From the NCBI GenBank assembly GCA_019721075.1, contig JAHEAD010000004.1, positions 117,675 to 137,674 on the forward strand: DNA of 20,000 nucleotides. The letters are read 5' to 3'. The notes beneath the pieces were generated by a model. It saw nothing but the letters and a program-made list of their open reading frames with translations. It did not search any database and had not been told where the DNA came from. Shown here piece by piece: positions 8,742 to 17,524 of the stretch (the stretch's first letter is position 1; every line of letters begins with the position of its first letter). The stretch comes from Candidatus Sysuiplasma jiujiangense (GTDB lineage Archaea > Thermoplasmatota > Thermoplasmata > Sysuiplasmatales > Sysuiplasmataceae). The position numbers and the translations under genes are program-made.

Positions 8742-9391
8742 CTCAGCCTTTCCGAAAGGGGCAGCGGAATACCTGACTTCATGTTCTCCCTGAAGATGCT
8801 GTCGATGTCATAGTGTGTTCTCCTTATTTCGATACTGTTCCCGTCAATTATCGCGAAGGATGCCCTGGCATCACCGTCACGCGGCTGTCCCACGGATCCG
8901 GGATTCATCACTGTCATCTTTCCAATCCTCTTCACATAGGGTATATGCGTGTGGCCCAGCACCGTGAGCTGCTTTCCGGAGGCTTCTATAATCTTTGCAT
9001 CGGCCATGTCTTCGTATACGTATTCGTCCGGATCGAATGGCGAGCCGTGGAAGACGGCAATGCCGTCTAACCGCGCATTTGGCTTCAGCTCCCTCAGATA
9101 TCTGAAGTTTTCACTGCTCGTAGCAGACACATTCAGCTCCAGTGCCCTGGCGGCAAGGCTGTTCATGCGCTCGTAGTTTCCCGTAACAGCACTGCTGTCA
9201 TGGTTTCCGGCTATTGATATCACATTTTTCTCCCGCAGCAGTTCTATGACCTCGTTCGGCATCGCGTTGTAGCCTACAATGTCACCTGCACATATCACCT
9301 CGTCGACCTGCTCCTTCTCGATGTGTCTAAAGACGGCGCTTAGGGCCGGCATGTTCGAATGTATATCCGATATGACTGCAATCTTTTTCAC
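8729..9391 (-). CDS. Metallophosphoesterase (YfcE/ApaH-like calcineurin-type)
   Basis: SDIHSN, GDIVGY, GNHD, FHGSP, GHTH, NPGSVGQPRDG. Start placed at GTG 9391, overlapping the nnr stop (GTGA). Confidence 0.93.
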   Translation of the reverse strand: MKKIAVISDIHSNMPALSAVFRHIEKEQVDEVICAGDIVGYNAMPNEVIELLREKNVISIAGNHDSSAVTGNYERMNSLAARALELNVSATSSENFRYLRELKPNARLDGIAVFHGSPFDPDEYVYEDMADAKIIEASGKQLTVLGHTHIPYVKRIGKMTVMNPGSVGQPRDGDARASFAIIDGNSIEIRRTHYDIDSIFRENMKSGIPLPLSERLRWGV

Positions 9392-10833
9392 TTCAGTTTC
9401 CCCAGACTGTTCAAGAGTACCTCTGGCACCGCTTCTATGACATCCGTTGCAAGCAGGCCGTATGATTTTCTGCCGAAACATATGTCTCCTGCAGAACCGT
9501 TGATATAGGCCCCCAGCCTCGCCGCATTAAACGGGCTGAGACCCTTTGCCAATAGGGCGGCGACTATGCCGGTCAGAACATCACCTGTTCCGCCGACCGT
9601 CATGCCTGCGTTTCCGGTCTCGTTGAGCTTTGTCCTTTCGCCATCGCTGATTACATCGATTCTGCCCTTCAGGAGGATCGTTGTGCCAAGGCGGCGAGCC
9701 CATTTGCTGACCGCTTCCTTCCTGGAATCAACATCATCGCCGGGCTCCTCCCCCGTCAGTTTGAAAAATTCAACTGAATGAGGTGTCACAACCGTCTTCT
9801 TTCCGTGCAGGAGTCCGTTCTTTCTGCCCACTGTCTCAATGGCCGAAGCATCGATGACCATCGGTTTTGAAATTTCGGCTATCAGCTTTGTCGCAATGCT
9901 GTCAAATGAACTGAATAAAGTGCCGGGCCCGATCACCACGGCACCGCTCCTTTCCACCCATTCCATTGCGGTCCTGATGCCTGCCTCTGAAAAATCGTTT
10001 TCGCCACATGCAAAAGCCATTAAATTAGGAGAAAACGAGCTGACGATGTCATGCATCCTGCCTGGAACCAGCGTATATACCAGATCGGCGCCGGTCCTGT
10101 AAGCGGCCAGGCTTGAGAACACAGGAGCCCCAGGAAAAATGCTACCGCCGATGACAGTGACAATTCCGTTGTTGCCCTTGTGTGAGGAAGAGTGCGGAAC
10201 AGGGAAGAGGAGCATCTCACCAGGACCGGTATATTCCAGTGCCTTTGAGGGTATGCCGATGTCCACAATCCTGATCGTTCCCGAATTGTGCTCATTCATC
10301 CCTGTCTTGGTATCCATGAATGTGACTGTGACGTCCGGAATAACATGCTCTGCGAACGGGAAACCAGAGGGGATGTCGGCTGCAAGAACGGCGGCTCCTC
10401 TGCCGTGCAGTTCGTTTATCTTTCTGATGAGTTCCAGATATCTTCCGGCCGGCGGCCTGTCGATGCCCGAGCCGAGCAGGCAGTCGACAATGACAATGTC
10501 TGCCGCCGGAAGCGTCTCTGTATAGGAGTCATCACGGACGAGGCCGGAAATTTTGCTGAATTTCTCTCCCAGAAGACTGCCGGCGGTTGGCCTTTCGGCG
10601 GAGGCAACTATCACGGCTGTGTCCTTGCTCTCCGATACGAGACGGGCAGCCACAAATCCGTCGCCGCCGTTGTTTCCGGAACCGCAAAAGAAAACTGCAT
10701 GCTTTCTGTCATGAAAACTGGAAAGTATCTCATGCGCCAGCTGCGCTCCTGCATTTTCCATGAGCCGCGAAACTGGCATTCCTGCAAACTCGGAATTCCT
10801 GTCAGCAACCCGGAACTCTTCAAATTCAAGCAT
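9388..10833 (-). CDS. nnr: Bifunctional NAD(P)H-hydrate epimerase/dehydratase (NnrE-NnrD)
   Basis: LMENAG, GSGNNGGDG and DIPSG (YjeF_N domain); HKGNNG, IGPG, TPH, LKG and GGTGDVLTG (carbohydrate-kinase-like domain). Confidence 0.96.
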   Translation of the reverse strand: MLEFEEFRVADRNSEFAGMPVSRLMENAGAQLAHEILSSFHDRKHAVFFCGSGNNGGDGFVAARLVSESKDTAVIVASAERPTAGSLLGEKFSKISGLVRDDSYTETLPAADIVIVDCLLGSGIDRPPAGRYLELIRKINELHGRGAAVLAADIPSGFPFAEHVIPDVTVTFMDTKTGMNEHNSGTIRIVDIGIPSKALEYTGPGEMLLFPVPHSSSHKGNNGIVTVIGGSIFPGAPVFSSLAAYRTGADLVYTLVPGRMHDIVSSFSPNLMAFACGENDFSEAGIRTAMEWVERSGAVVIGPGTLFSSFDSIATKLIAEISKPMVIDASAIETVGRKNGLLHGKKTVVTPHSVEFFKLTGEEPGDDVDSRKEAVSKWARRLGTTILLKGRIDVISDGERTKLNETGNAGMTVGGTGDVLTGIVAALLAKGLSPFNAARLGAYINGSAGDICFGRKSYGLLATDVIEAVPEVLLNSLGKLK

Positions 10834-10850
10834 CCGACCACCATCACTGT

Positions 10851-11144
10851 TCAGTGCGCTGCAGGCTGCTTTTCCCTGAGTTTTCTGCTCACTGCCTTGA
10901 TTATTTCCGTCTTTTTCACGGTGCCGGAAACGAATACCCTCCCCTCCTTCCTGTACCGCTGTGACGGATAGGAGGCGTTTTCATCCATTTCGTGCTCAAT
11001 TCCCAGCGATTTCAGTGCATCGGATATCATCTGAATGTTGGGCGACTCAATGGCCGCCTTCTTTGGTATCCTTCGCCCCTCCTTCCTCTTCAGTCTGATA
11101 TCGAAATATGATGGCCAGAGAACCCATTGTTTGTTCCTTTTCAT
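10851..11144 (-). CDS. srp19: Signal recognition particle 19 kDa protein
   Basis: VLWPSYFD...RKEGRRIPK...YP...GRV signature. Confidence 0.96.
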   Translation of the reverse strand: MKRNKQWVLWPSYFDIRLKRKEGRRIPKKAAIESPNIQMISDALKSLGIEHEMDENASYPSQRYRKEGRVFVSGTVKKTEIIKAVSRKLREKQPAAH

Positions 11145-11169
11145 GCGGTCTGTAATGAGGGAGTGAAGG

Positions 11170-11176
11170 TTATTAA
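11170..11176 (-). promoter_or_regulatory. Putative TATA box for srp19 (leaderless spacing)
   Basis: TTAATAA preceded by purine-rich AAAAGA (BRE-like) on the minus strand, about 25 nt upstream of ATG 11144. Confidence 0.55.
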
Positions 11177-11367
11177 TCTTTTGACACGCGAATGCAATAA
11201 CCTGTGCTTATTTCAGCGCGATTTTAAGATGAAAATAATTGCATTCGGCATGAACCGGCACAGCACGCCTCTGCAACAGCATGGGTGTCTCACGGAAAAT
11301 CAAGGATTCAGATTGCTTTTTATTCTCATTGCACTTATGATATATTCATCATTCCGGAGATTGCGGC

Positions 11368-11883
11368 ATGCGCGTCATGTATAACATAGGAATAATAGGA
11401 GGCAGCGATCCTGAAGAGAAATACCTCGGCATCGCTCTCAACGTCGGAAAACTTCTTGCAGCCCGGGGGGCCATTGTCGTGTGCGGCGGTCTTTCCGGCG
11501 TAATGGAGAGTGCGGCAAAAGGAGCTTTTGAATCAGGAGGTCTGACAGTTGGAATACTTCCCGGGTTTCATCCGTCTGAAGGAAACAGCTACCTGACAGT
11601 CAGCCTTCCGACAGGCATAGGCTATGCAAGAAATTTCCTTATCGTCAGAGCTTCGGACGCACTCATAGCAATCGACGGTTCAAACGGCACGCTTTCCGAG
11701 GCTTCATTCGCCGTTGCCGAGGGGAAATCAGTGATTTCCATCGATGGCTTTGAACTTAAAAGAGGCAAACCGCAGGAGGGAAGATTCATAATGGTTGAAT
11801 CTGCCGCAGAAGCCGTGGATGCAGCACTTGAGGAAGCAGCACAGTACCGGGATAAATATGCAGACGGCAGAATGCAGTTATGA
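11368..11883 (+). CDS. TIGR00725 / LOG (SLOG) family protein
   Basis: IGIIGG, VCGGLSGVMESAAKGA, GILPG, TGIGYARN, GTLSE. Start may be ATG 11377. Confidence 0.92.
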   Translation: MRVMYNIGIIGGSDPEEKYLGIALNVGKLLAARGAIVVCGGLSGVMESAAKGAFESGGLTVGILPGFHPSEGNSYLTVSLPTGIGYARNFLIVRASDALIAIDGSNGTLSEASFAVAEGKSVISIDGFELKRGKPQEGRFIMVESAAEAVDAALEEAAQYRDKYADGRMQL

Positions 11884-11946
11884 CTGTATGAGTACTATTT
11901 ATGCAACAACTCCATACATTTTCCCAAGCAAATCCGGAGTGATAGT

Positions 11947-13365
11947 TTGGATGATGGTACGGGATTTGACCTTGCCGAAAAAGCAGTTGAACAGGCCTCC
12001 AGGCCCGGGATTAGATATGTCGGTGTCACCTACAGGAAGAGCAGAACCCTGAGGATGCTCTTCAGAAACGGTTCTCTTTCCGTCATATCCCCCGATACGG
12101 ATTATGGAATTGCTGTCCGCGTCGCAACAGCATCCGGCATCGGTTTCGCAGCCACCGGCAGCTTGAAATCGGATCAAGTCAGGCGTGCTGTCTCAGCTGC
12201 AATTTCGATGGCAAACGCGTGTAAAAGCAGTTCTGCCGATCTTGCCACTGGCCGATCGGAACACGCGGAGTGGACCGTGGATGTGAAGATGCCTTTCGAC
12301 TCGATTGATGAGCGTTCCAAAATAGGTATGGTTGCAGATCTCGACAGGAAGATAGCGGCCTCCGTGGATCTGCGTTCCTTCAGGCAGATATTCCTGACGG
12401 AACGGAATGAAACCAAATTTTATGCCGATTCCGAGGGAACAAGAATCACGGGCAGGGATCCCAAGCTTGTTGTGACCTATTTTGTGCGTGTTCTGAGCGG
12501 TGCCGACTCGGAGCAGGTTCACCGTGATTACGGCTACAGCGGCGGATACGAAGCTTTCGAGAAGCTTGGTATAGAGGAGGAAGCGGTAGCCGACACACGT
12601 GCCCTGAAGACATCCATTGAAAAAGGCAAGTCGGCGAAGAGAGAAAAGCTGGACGTCGTCTGCGGCAATGAGGTTACCGGCATTGCCTGTCACGAAAGCT
12701 GCGGTCATCCTATGGAAGCGGACAGGATCATGGGCAGGGAGGCATCCCAGGCAGGCAAGTCTTTTGTCCGGATGGACTCAATGGGTGAAAGAATAGGCTC
12801 AGATATGGTCACTATAGTGGACGATCCTACAATTCCAAACAGTTACGGTTACTATGCATATGATGATGAAGGTGTGAAGGCAAGGAGAAGAGTGCTCTAC
12901 AGGAACGGCCTGATCAACGAGTTCCTCCAGAACAGGGAGAGCGGTTCCAGGACAGGCGCGGGCAGCAACGGCGCCGGAAGGGCGGCATCGTACGACATGG
13001 AACCGCTGGTCAGGATGGCGAACACATTTCTTTTACCCGGAGAGTACAGCGACGACGATATAATCCACGGTGTTAAGGAAGGAATATATATCAAGGGTTT
13101 TACCGAATGGAATATAGACGACAGACGTTTCAATCAGAAATACGTTGGACGGGGAGCATACAGGATACAGAACGGGGAACTCACCACGCCGGTGCGATCC
13201 CCAACACTTGAAATAACAACGAAAGGCTTCTGGAGCTCCGTGGACGCCGTAGGCAGAAACGTCAGGTATTTCGGCGGTTCCTGCGGGAAGGGCGATCCGA
13301 TGCAGGGAATGGCTGTGGATATGGGCGGTCCTGTGATCAGGCTCCGGAATGTAATGATAAAGTGA
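11947..13365 (+). CDS. tldD: TldD family metalloprotease
   Basis: HESCGHPMEADR (HExxxH), DDPT...YDDEG, RMANT, and C-terminal CGKG carrying the Cys ligand. TTG start after GGAGTGA. Confidence 0.95.
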   Translation: MDDGTGFDLAEKAVEQASRPGIRYVGVTYRKSRTLRMLFRNGSLSVISPDTDYGIAVRVATASGIGFAATGSLKSDQVRRAVSAAISMANACKSSSADLATGRSEHAEWTVDVKMPFDSIDERSKIGMVADLDRKIAASVDLRSFRQIFLTERNETKFYADSEGTRITGRDPKLVVTYFVRVLSGADSEQVHRDYGYSGGYEAFEKLGIEEEAVADTRALKTSIEKGKSAKREKLDVVCGNEVTGIACHESCGHPMEADRIMGREASQAGKSFVRMDSMGERIGSDMVTIVDDPTIPNSYGYYAYDDEGVKARRRVLYRNGLINEFLQNRESGSRTGAGSNGAGRAASYDMEPLVRMANTFLLPGEYSDDDIIHGVKEGIYIKGFTEWNIDDRRFNQKYVGRGAYRIQNGELTTPVRSPTLEITTKGFWSSVDAVGRNVRYFGGSCGKGDPMQGMAVDMGGPVIRLRNVMIK

Positions 13366-13366
13366 G

Positions 13367-14704
13367 ATGATGCGCATGGAAACCGAATCGGTGGAAGGAA
13401 TCGCGGGAAAAATTATGGACGAAGCGCTCAGGCAGGATTTCTCCGACGTCATTGTAAATGCAGTTTCAGGCGATACCAGGCAGATCCGCTTCAGCGAAAA
13501 CAATATTGACATATTCAACAGGTGGACGGAGACGAATTTTCAGCTCTTTCTTGTCAGGGAGAAGAAGGTGGTCGCCACGACTGCCAAGGGGATTGCCGAT
13601 TACAGGGAAGTGCTGGAAAACGCCAGGAAGACTGCAGATGTGTCTACACCTAACGAGGAATATGCAGGCATAGCCAGATCCACTTCCGCCCGCAATTACT
13701 ACACCAGGGAGAAGAAAGCATCTGACGCCGATCTCTCCGGTCTGGTACACGACTCCATAAACAGTGCCGCAGGCAATGGCTCGACTGGCTCTGCCGGCTC
13801 CCTTTATAACACTTTTTACACGCGTTTTCTTATCACTTCCAGCGGGATAAGACGCAGGGAGAGTTCCGCATCGTACTACTTCTCTATCAGATGTTTCGCC
13901 GGCGACGGCGCGAGCGGGCATTCGGTTGTAACATCCCTTTCGCACAGCAAGTTCAGGCCGGAAAAAGCCGCACTCAAGGCATCGGCGCTTGCAAGGGCGG
14001 CACTGAACCCGGCAGTCGGGCAGGAAGGCAGATTCGACACAGTGCTGGATCCCATGGTTGTCGCTGCGTTAGCCTCGCAGGTAGGCAACATGGCGTCCGC
14101 ATATACGGTCATTTCCGGATTTTCCTGCTTTGCGGGAAAGATCGGCAGGAAGGTTGCATCTCCACTCGTGACAATTGAGGATGATGCAACGCGGAGGCTT
14201 TACGGATTCCGCGCATTCGATGATGAAGGAGTCGCGGTCCGCAGGACCCCCATCATAACAGGGGGGGTGCTGAAAAGTTATCTCCATAACACATCCACCG
14301 CAAAGAAATTCGGGACCAGAAGCACGGGAAATGCCGGCCTTATTGCTCCCGAGTCATTTATGCTGTCGATGAAGGAAGGAAAATCCACACAGGACGAGAT
14401 GATAGGCGATGTGCGGAATGGCCTTTATATCAATAACACGTGGTATACCCGTTACAGCAACTATGCACGCGGTGATTTTTCCACTATTCCGAGGGATGCA
14501 ATATTCCTGATTCGCAGGGGAGAGATAGCTGGATCTGTCAGGGGGATACGCGTTACCGAGAATCTCATTTCGCTGATGAAGCGTATTTCAGATATATCGG
14601 GAGAGAGGGAACATTTGAGCTGGTGGGGAGAATCAGAAACACCGAGTACAGTCCCCTATGCAACCGTGCGGAGGCTCAACGTGACAAGGTCGAGTGACAT
14701 ATGA
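13367..14704 (+). CDS. pmbA: PmbA/TldE family protein
   Basis: IRFSEN, FDDEG, STGNAG, GDFSTIPR. Lacks HExxxH, as expected for the non-catalytic partner. Starts 1 nt after the tldD stop. Confidence 0.93.
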   Translation: MMRMETESVEGIAGKIMDEALRQDFSDVIVNAVSGDTRQIRFSENNIDIFNRWTETNFQLFLVREKKVVATTAKGIADYREVLENARKTADVSTPNEEYAGIARSTSARNYYTREKKASDADLSGLVHDSINSAAGNGSTGSAGSLYNTFYTRFLITSSGIRRRESSASYYFSIRCFAGDGASGHSVVTSLSHSKFRPEKAALKASALARAALNPAVGQEGRFDTVLDPMVVAALASQVGNMASAYTVISGFSCFAGKIGRKVASPLVTIEDDATRRLYGFRAFDDEGVAVRRTPIITGGVLKSYLHNTSTAKKFGTRSTGNAGLIAPESFMLSMKEGKSTQDEMIGDVRNGLYINNTWYTRYSNYARGDFSTIPRDAIFLIRRGEIAGSVRGIRVTENLISLMKRISDISGEREHLSWWGESETPSTVPYATVRRLNVTRSSDI

Positions 14705-14762
14705 ACTGTGAACGATGCATGAACAAACGCAGATGCTGACCCAAAAGGCCCGCTGCAAAAAA

Positions 14763-15155
14763 TCATTTGCTCTCGGAAGGCAGAAGAATGGCATTAATCA
14801 TGCCATGCTGCCCGGGCCTGGAGGTGATAAGTGCCATTCCAATTTCGGTCTGAATTACGGCACCCTTGTTCATTATATTTCTCTGAGTGTAGTTGGGGTT
14901 TGCCGGGTTCTGTTTGACAGTGACAATCTTCGCCTTCTTTGTCACTCCTGTCTTCCTGTCGGTGACATTCGCGTAATCTTCCGCAAGGACCCTTGATTTG
15001 GCATTGCTCCCCTTTGTTCTGTACAGTTTGATACTGTGGGGACCCAGGAAGGTGAACTGCCTCTCTCTTCCGACCTCGAATCTCTTCTTCTTCCTCGACT
15101 GAACGTAGCGTCCGCCCGTTGATTTCCTGTTGGATCGTCCGTTCCAGATTGCCAT
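14763..15155 (-). CDS. rps8e: 30S ribosomal protein S8e
   Basis: MAIWNGRSNRKSTGGR, RKKKRFEVGRE, NPANPNY, ITSRPGQHGMINA. Start placed at ATG 15155. Confidence 0.98.
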   Translation of the reverse strand: MAIWNGRSNRKSTGGRYVQSRKKKRFEVGRERQFTFLGPHSIKLYRTKGSNAKSRVLAEDYANVTDRKTGVTKKAKIVTVKQNPANPNYTQRNIMNKGAVIQTEIGMALITSRPGQHGMINAILLPSESK

Positions 15156-15178
15156 GCAATGCCGGTCTAGCAATGACA

Positions 15179-15186
15179 ATATAAAA
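15179..15186 (-). promoter_or_regulatory. Putative TATA box for rps8e (leaderless spacing)
   Basis: TTTTATAT on the minus strand about 24 nt upstream of ATG 15155, preceded by CAAAG. Confidence 0.65.
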
Positions 15187-15431
15187 ACTTTGCTCAGTGC
15201 GAGTGGCAGAATTAGGCGTTACCGTCTGGAATCGGCGGTCTGCAGCCTGGCCCTGACCCGTCCGCCAAGTTTCTTCCTCAATCCGTAAAGCTCTTTAGTG
15301 ACATGTCGGATAGGCCGTATCATACGCTTACATCGCGGAAGCGGTCACTGATGCCGGCGGTATGAAAAAGGACGGCATCCTGACCGAATCCACTGAATGC
15401 GACAGATGCGTTTATTCTGAAGGAGATGTAA

Positions 15432-16091
15432 ATGATGAACGACGAGGATAAAAGCAGAAGCAGGCCGGATAGGCATCATGCCCACGGACATGCACATGTA
15501 GATGGTCACGGGCACTCCGGGCACTCTTTCGATCACGCGTCTTCATTTCTGCTGTCTGAGGAAAGAAGAAAGTGGCAGGATCCTTCAAAAATCATAGGGG
15601 CGTCAGGCATCGCTGAAGGATGGAACGTTATCGATGTCGGTTCCGGTCCCTGTTTCTTTGCTGCTGAAATTGCCTCGAGGGTCGGAACAGGGGGTAAGGT
15701 CTATGCACTGGATTCCAGTTCTGTTCTGCTGTCAAAGTGCGTCGAGATTATATCCGGGAAGGGTATTGCAAACGTGTTTCCTCTTCTCGCAGATGCAGAT
15801 TCCGGTTTTCCAATAGTTGACGGGAAACTTGATGCTGTGTTCATGGCGAATGTTCTGCACGACTTTGCGAAGCCGGATGAGGTTGTCAGAGAGGCAGGAA
15901 GGGTTTTAAGGAGCGGTGGCCTGATGATAAACCTGGACTGGAAGAAGATGCGCACCGAGTTTGGCCCGCCTGAAGAAATGCGCCTCTCGGAAGAGGAGAG
16001 CCGGAAAATCATACGGTCGGGACCATTTGACCAGTTCGGCAATATAGATGCCGGCCCATTCCATTACTGCCTTACTTTCAGGAAATTTTGA
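15432..16091 (+). CDS. Class I SAM-dependent methyltransferase (UbiE-like fold) with His-rich N-terminus
   Basis: VIDVGSGP motif I, VYALD, DAVFMANVLHD, RVLRSGG, DWKK...GPP. Preceded by SD-like AAGGAG. Confidence 0.92.
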   Translation: MMNDEDKSRSRPDRHHAHGHAHVDGHGHSGHSFDHASSFLLSEERRKWQDPSKIIGASGIAEGWNVIDVGSGPCFFAAEIASRVGTGGKVYALDSSSVLLSKCVEIISGKGIANVFPLLADADSGFPIVDGKLDAVFMANVLHDFAKPDEVVREAGRVLRSGGLMINLDWKKMRTEFGPPEEMRLSEEESRKIIRSGPFDQFGNIDAGPFHYCLTFRKF

Positions 16092-16095
16092 TTGC

Positions 16096-16135
16096 CCGCT
16101 TTCCACGGAGAAAAAGCGGCATTGTCCCTCTTTTT
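16096..16135 (+). terminator. Possible terminator of the methyltransferase gene
   Basis: CCGCTTT (16096-16102) and AAAGCGG (16113-16119) form a stem, followed by CCCTCTTTTT, immediately after the stop codon. Confidence 0.4.
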
Positions 16136-16545
16136 GCTATTGCATCACTGCCGACGCGGATAGGGGTAGTGATAATCCTGGCAGTATGATGGACCTGTTA
16201 AATAACAGGAGTGCAGACTGCTGCCGGATACTGAAGAAACCGCTCCGTTGCGGATTGTCAGGGATACCGCTTCCCAACCGGACATCTGCACCAGGGCACC
16301 TGATCCAGAGATTGCCGGAATGGAGGAGATGTGGAATCTTTCAGGAATACTGCACGGCATGTCGCGAGGCGGGGCGCATATATGATAATCAGATCATGCT
16401 GCTTATCCTGCTCGCGATCAGAGATGCTTCCTAAGCTATAAGTTCAACATGCCGGTCTTCATGGAGGTAACATGTCGGCACCATATTGCCTTCGTGTGCG
16501 TCATTTGTTGCATCCACTGAAATACCGTATGAAGGCAGCTTGCTG

Positions 16546-17523
16546 TCAGATGCTGAAAACAAAGCCAAATCCAAAATTGTGGAAAACAAGCATGTAGGAC
16601 AGCAGGAAGCCCAGGATTGTTCCTGTGTTCAGGAAAGGAAGGCCAGCCTGTGCCCTTCCCTTAGAAGTCTGTCTCATGAGCACTGCGAAACCGGCCAGAG
16701 CACCTGTTATGCATCCCATTGCGACAAGAAGGTTGCCTGGAATACCGGAAACTGAAGCGGCCGCGGAAAGGTTGGAAAATGCACTTATGGTCAGAACGCC
16801 CGGGATTATCATGTCGCCCAGACCTATGTAAAGCGCATCGCGTTCCGACGCATCTTCCGAACGCACCACACTTCCCTTCTTCCCGAAGTTGCTGAAGCCG
16901 CTTTTCTTGGGAACCATGAGCATTATGGGCAGATTCAGATCCAGCGCGCCTTCCGCGACATCGAGCATGTGTTTTGTCCTGTAAACCGCAAGAAAATCAT
17001 AGGCAGCCATCACTGCCAGCAGAACAAATGCAGGCAGAATGCCAAGCGAAATTCCAAATATTGCTGTTATCCCGCTTGCCATGATAAATCCCCATGTGTC
17101 TACAATATACCATTCCGGATAGCGCCAGAGTGCGATACCAATCAGTATCATCGCAGCCAGCGAAAGATAGAAATCCACAACGGGCAGGGAGGGGAGAGCA
17201 AATACGAACACGGGCAGAAGCACATATATCGCTGAAAGGGAGATGACGAAAATAAAAATCACCCTGAGCCAGCTGCCTTTGTTCTTTTTGAGAATGTAGA
17301 TCATCAGTGCAGTGAAAAGTATGAGAACCGCAACATAGAGAAGAGGTATGAGAGGGTTCGTCTGGCCCTGCGGGCCGAATGCCTGGTATCCGAAAACTTT
17401 GTACTGTGGAACAAGTAGCAGCGCAGCAATCTGCACGCCGATGAACAGGATGCCTGTTACGAATACAGGCAGGTAGAAGGAAAACTTTTCTCCCTCCGCC
17501 ACCGTCGAAGACATGCCTTGCAC
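16546..17523 (-). CDS. Presenilin-family intramembrane aspartyl protease (PSH-like, GxGD)
   Basis: Multiple hydrophobic helices, AYDFLAVYRTKHM (first Asp), IGLGDMIIP (GxGD), QAGLPFLN (PAL-equivalent AGL). Confidence 0.93.
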   Translation of the reverse strand: MQGMSSTVAEGEKFSFYLPVFVTGILFIGVQIAALLLVPQYKVFGYQAFGPQGQTNPLIPLLYVAVLILFTALMIYILKKNKGSWLRVIFIFVISLSAIYVLLPVFVFALPSLPVVDFYLSLAAMILIGIALWRYPEWYIVDTWGFIMASGITAIFGISLGILPAFVLLAVMAAYDFLAVYRTKHMLDVAEGALDLNLPIMLMVPKKSGFSNFGKKGSVVRSEDASERDALYIGLGDMIIPGVLTISAFSNLSAAASVSGIPGNLLVAMGCITGALAGFAVLMRQTSKGRAQAGLPFLNTGTILGFLLSYMLVFHNFGFGFVFSI

Positions 17524-17524
17524 C

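Noticed and set aside
9392..9481. N-terminal extension of the metallophosphoesterase in the ORF track
   Set aside because: Lies inside nnr. Family similarity begins at KKIAVISDIH after GTG 9391.
10288..10971. 227-aa plus-strand ORF
   Set aside because: Antisense to nnr and srp19, with no motifs.
15187..15431. SRP (7S) RNA gene near rps8e/srp19
   Set aside because: A GCCAGG occurs on the minus strand, but the helix-8 GNRA loop with AGCA does not follow, and the gap is shorter than a typical ~300-nt archaeal SRP RNA.
16169..16234. C/D box sRNA (GTGATAA...ATGATGG...CTGA)
   Set aside because: The C boxes deviate from RUGAUGA and no convincing D' box or spacing is present.
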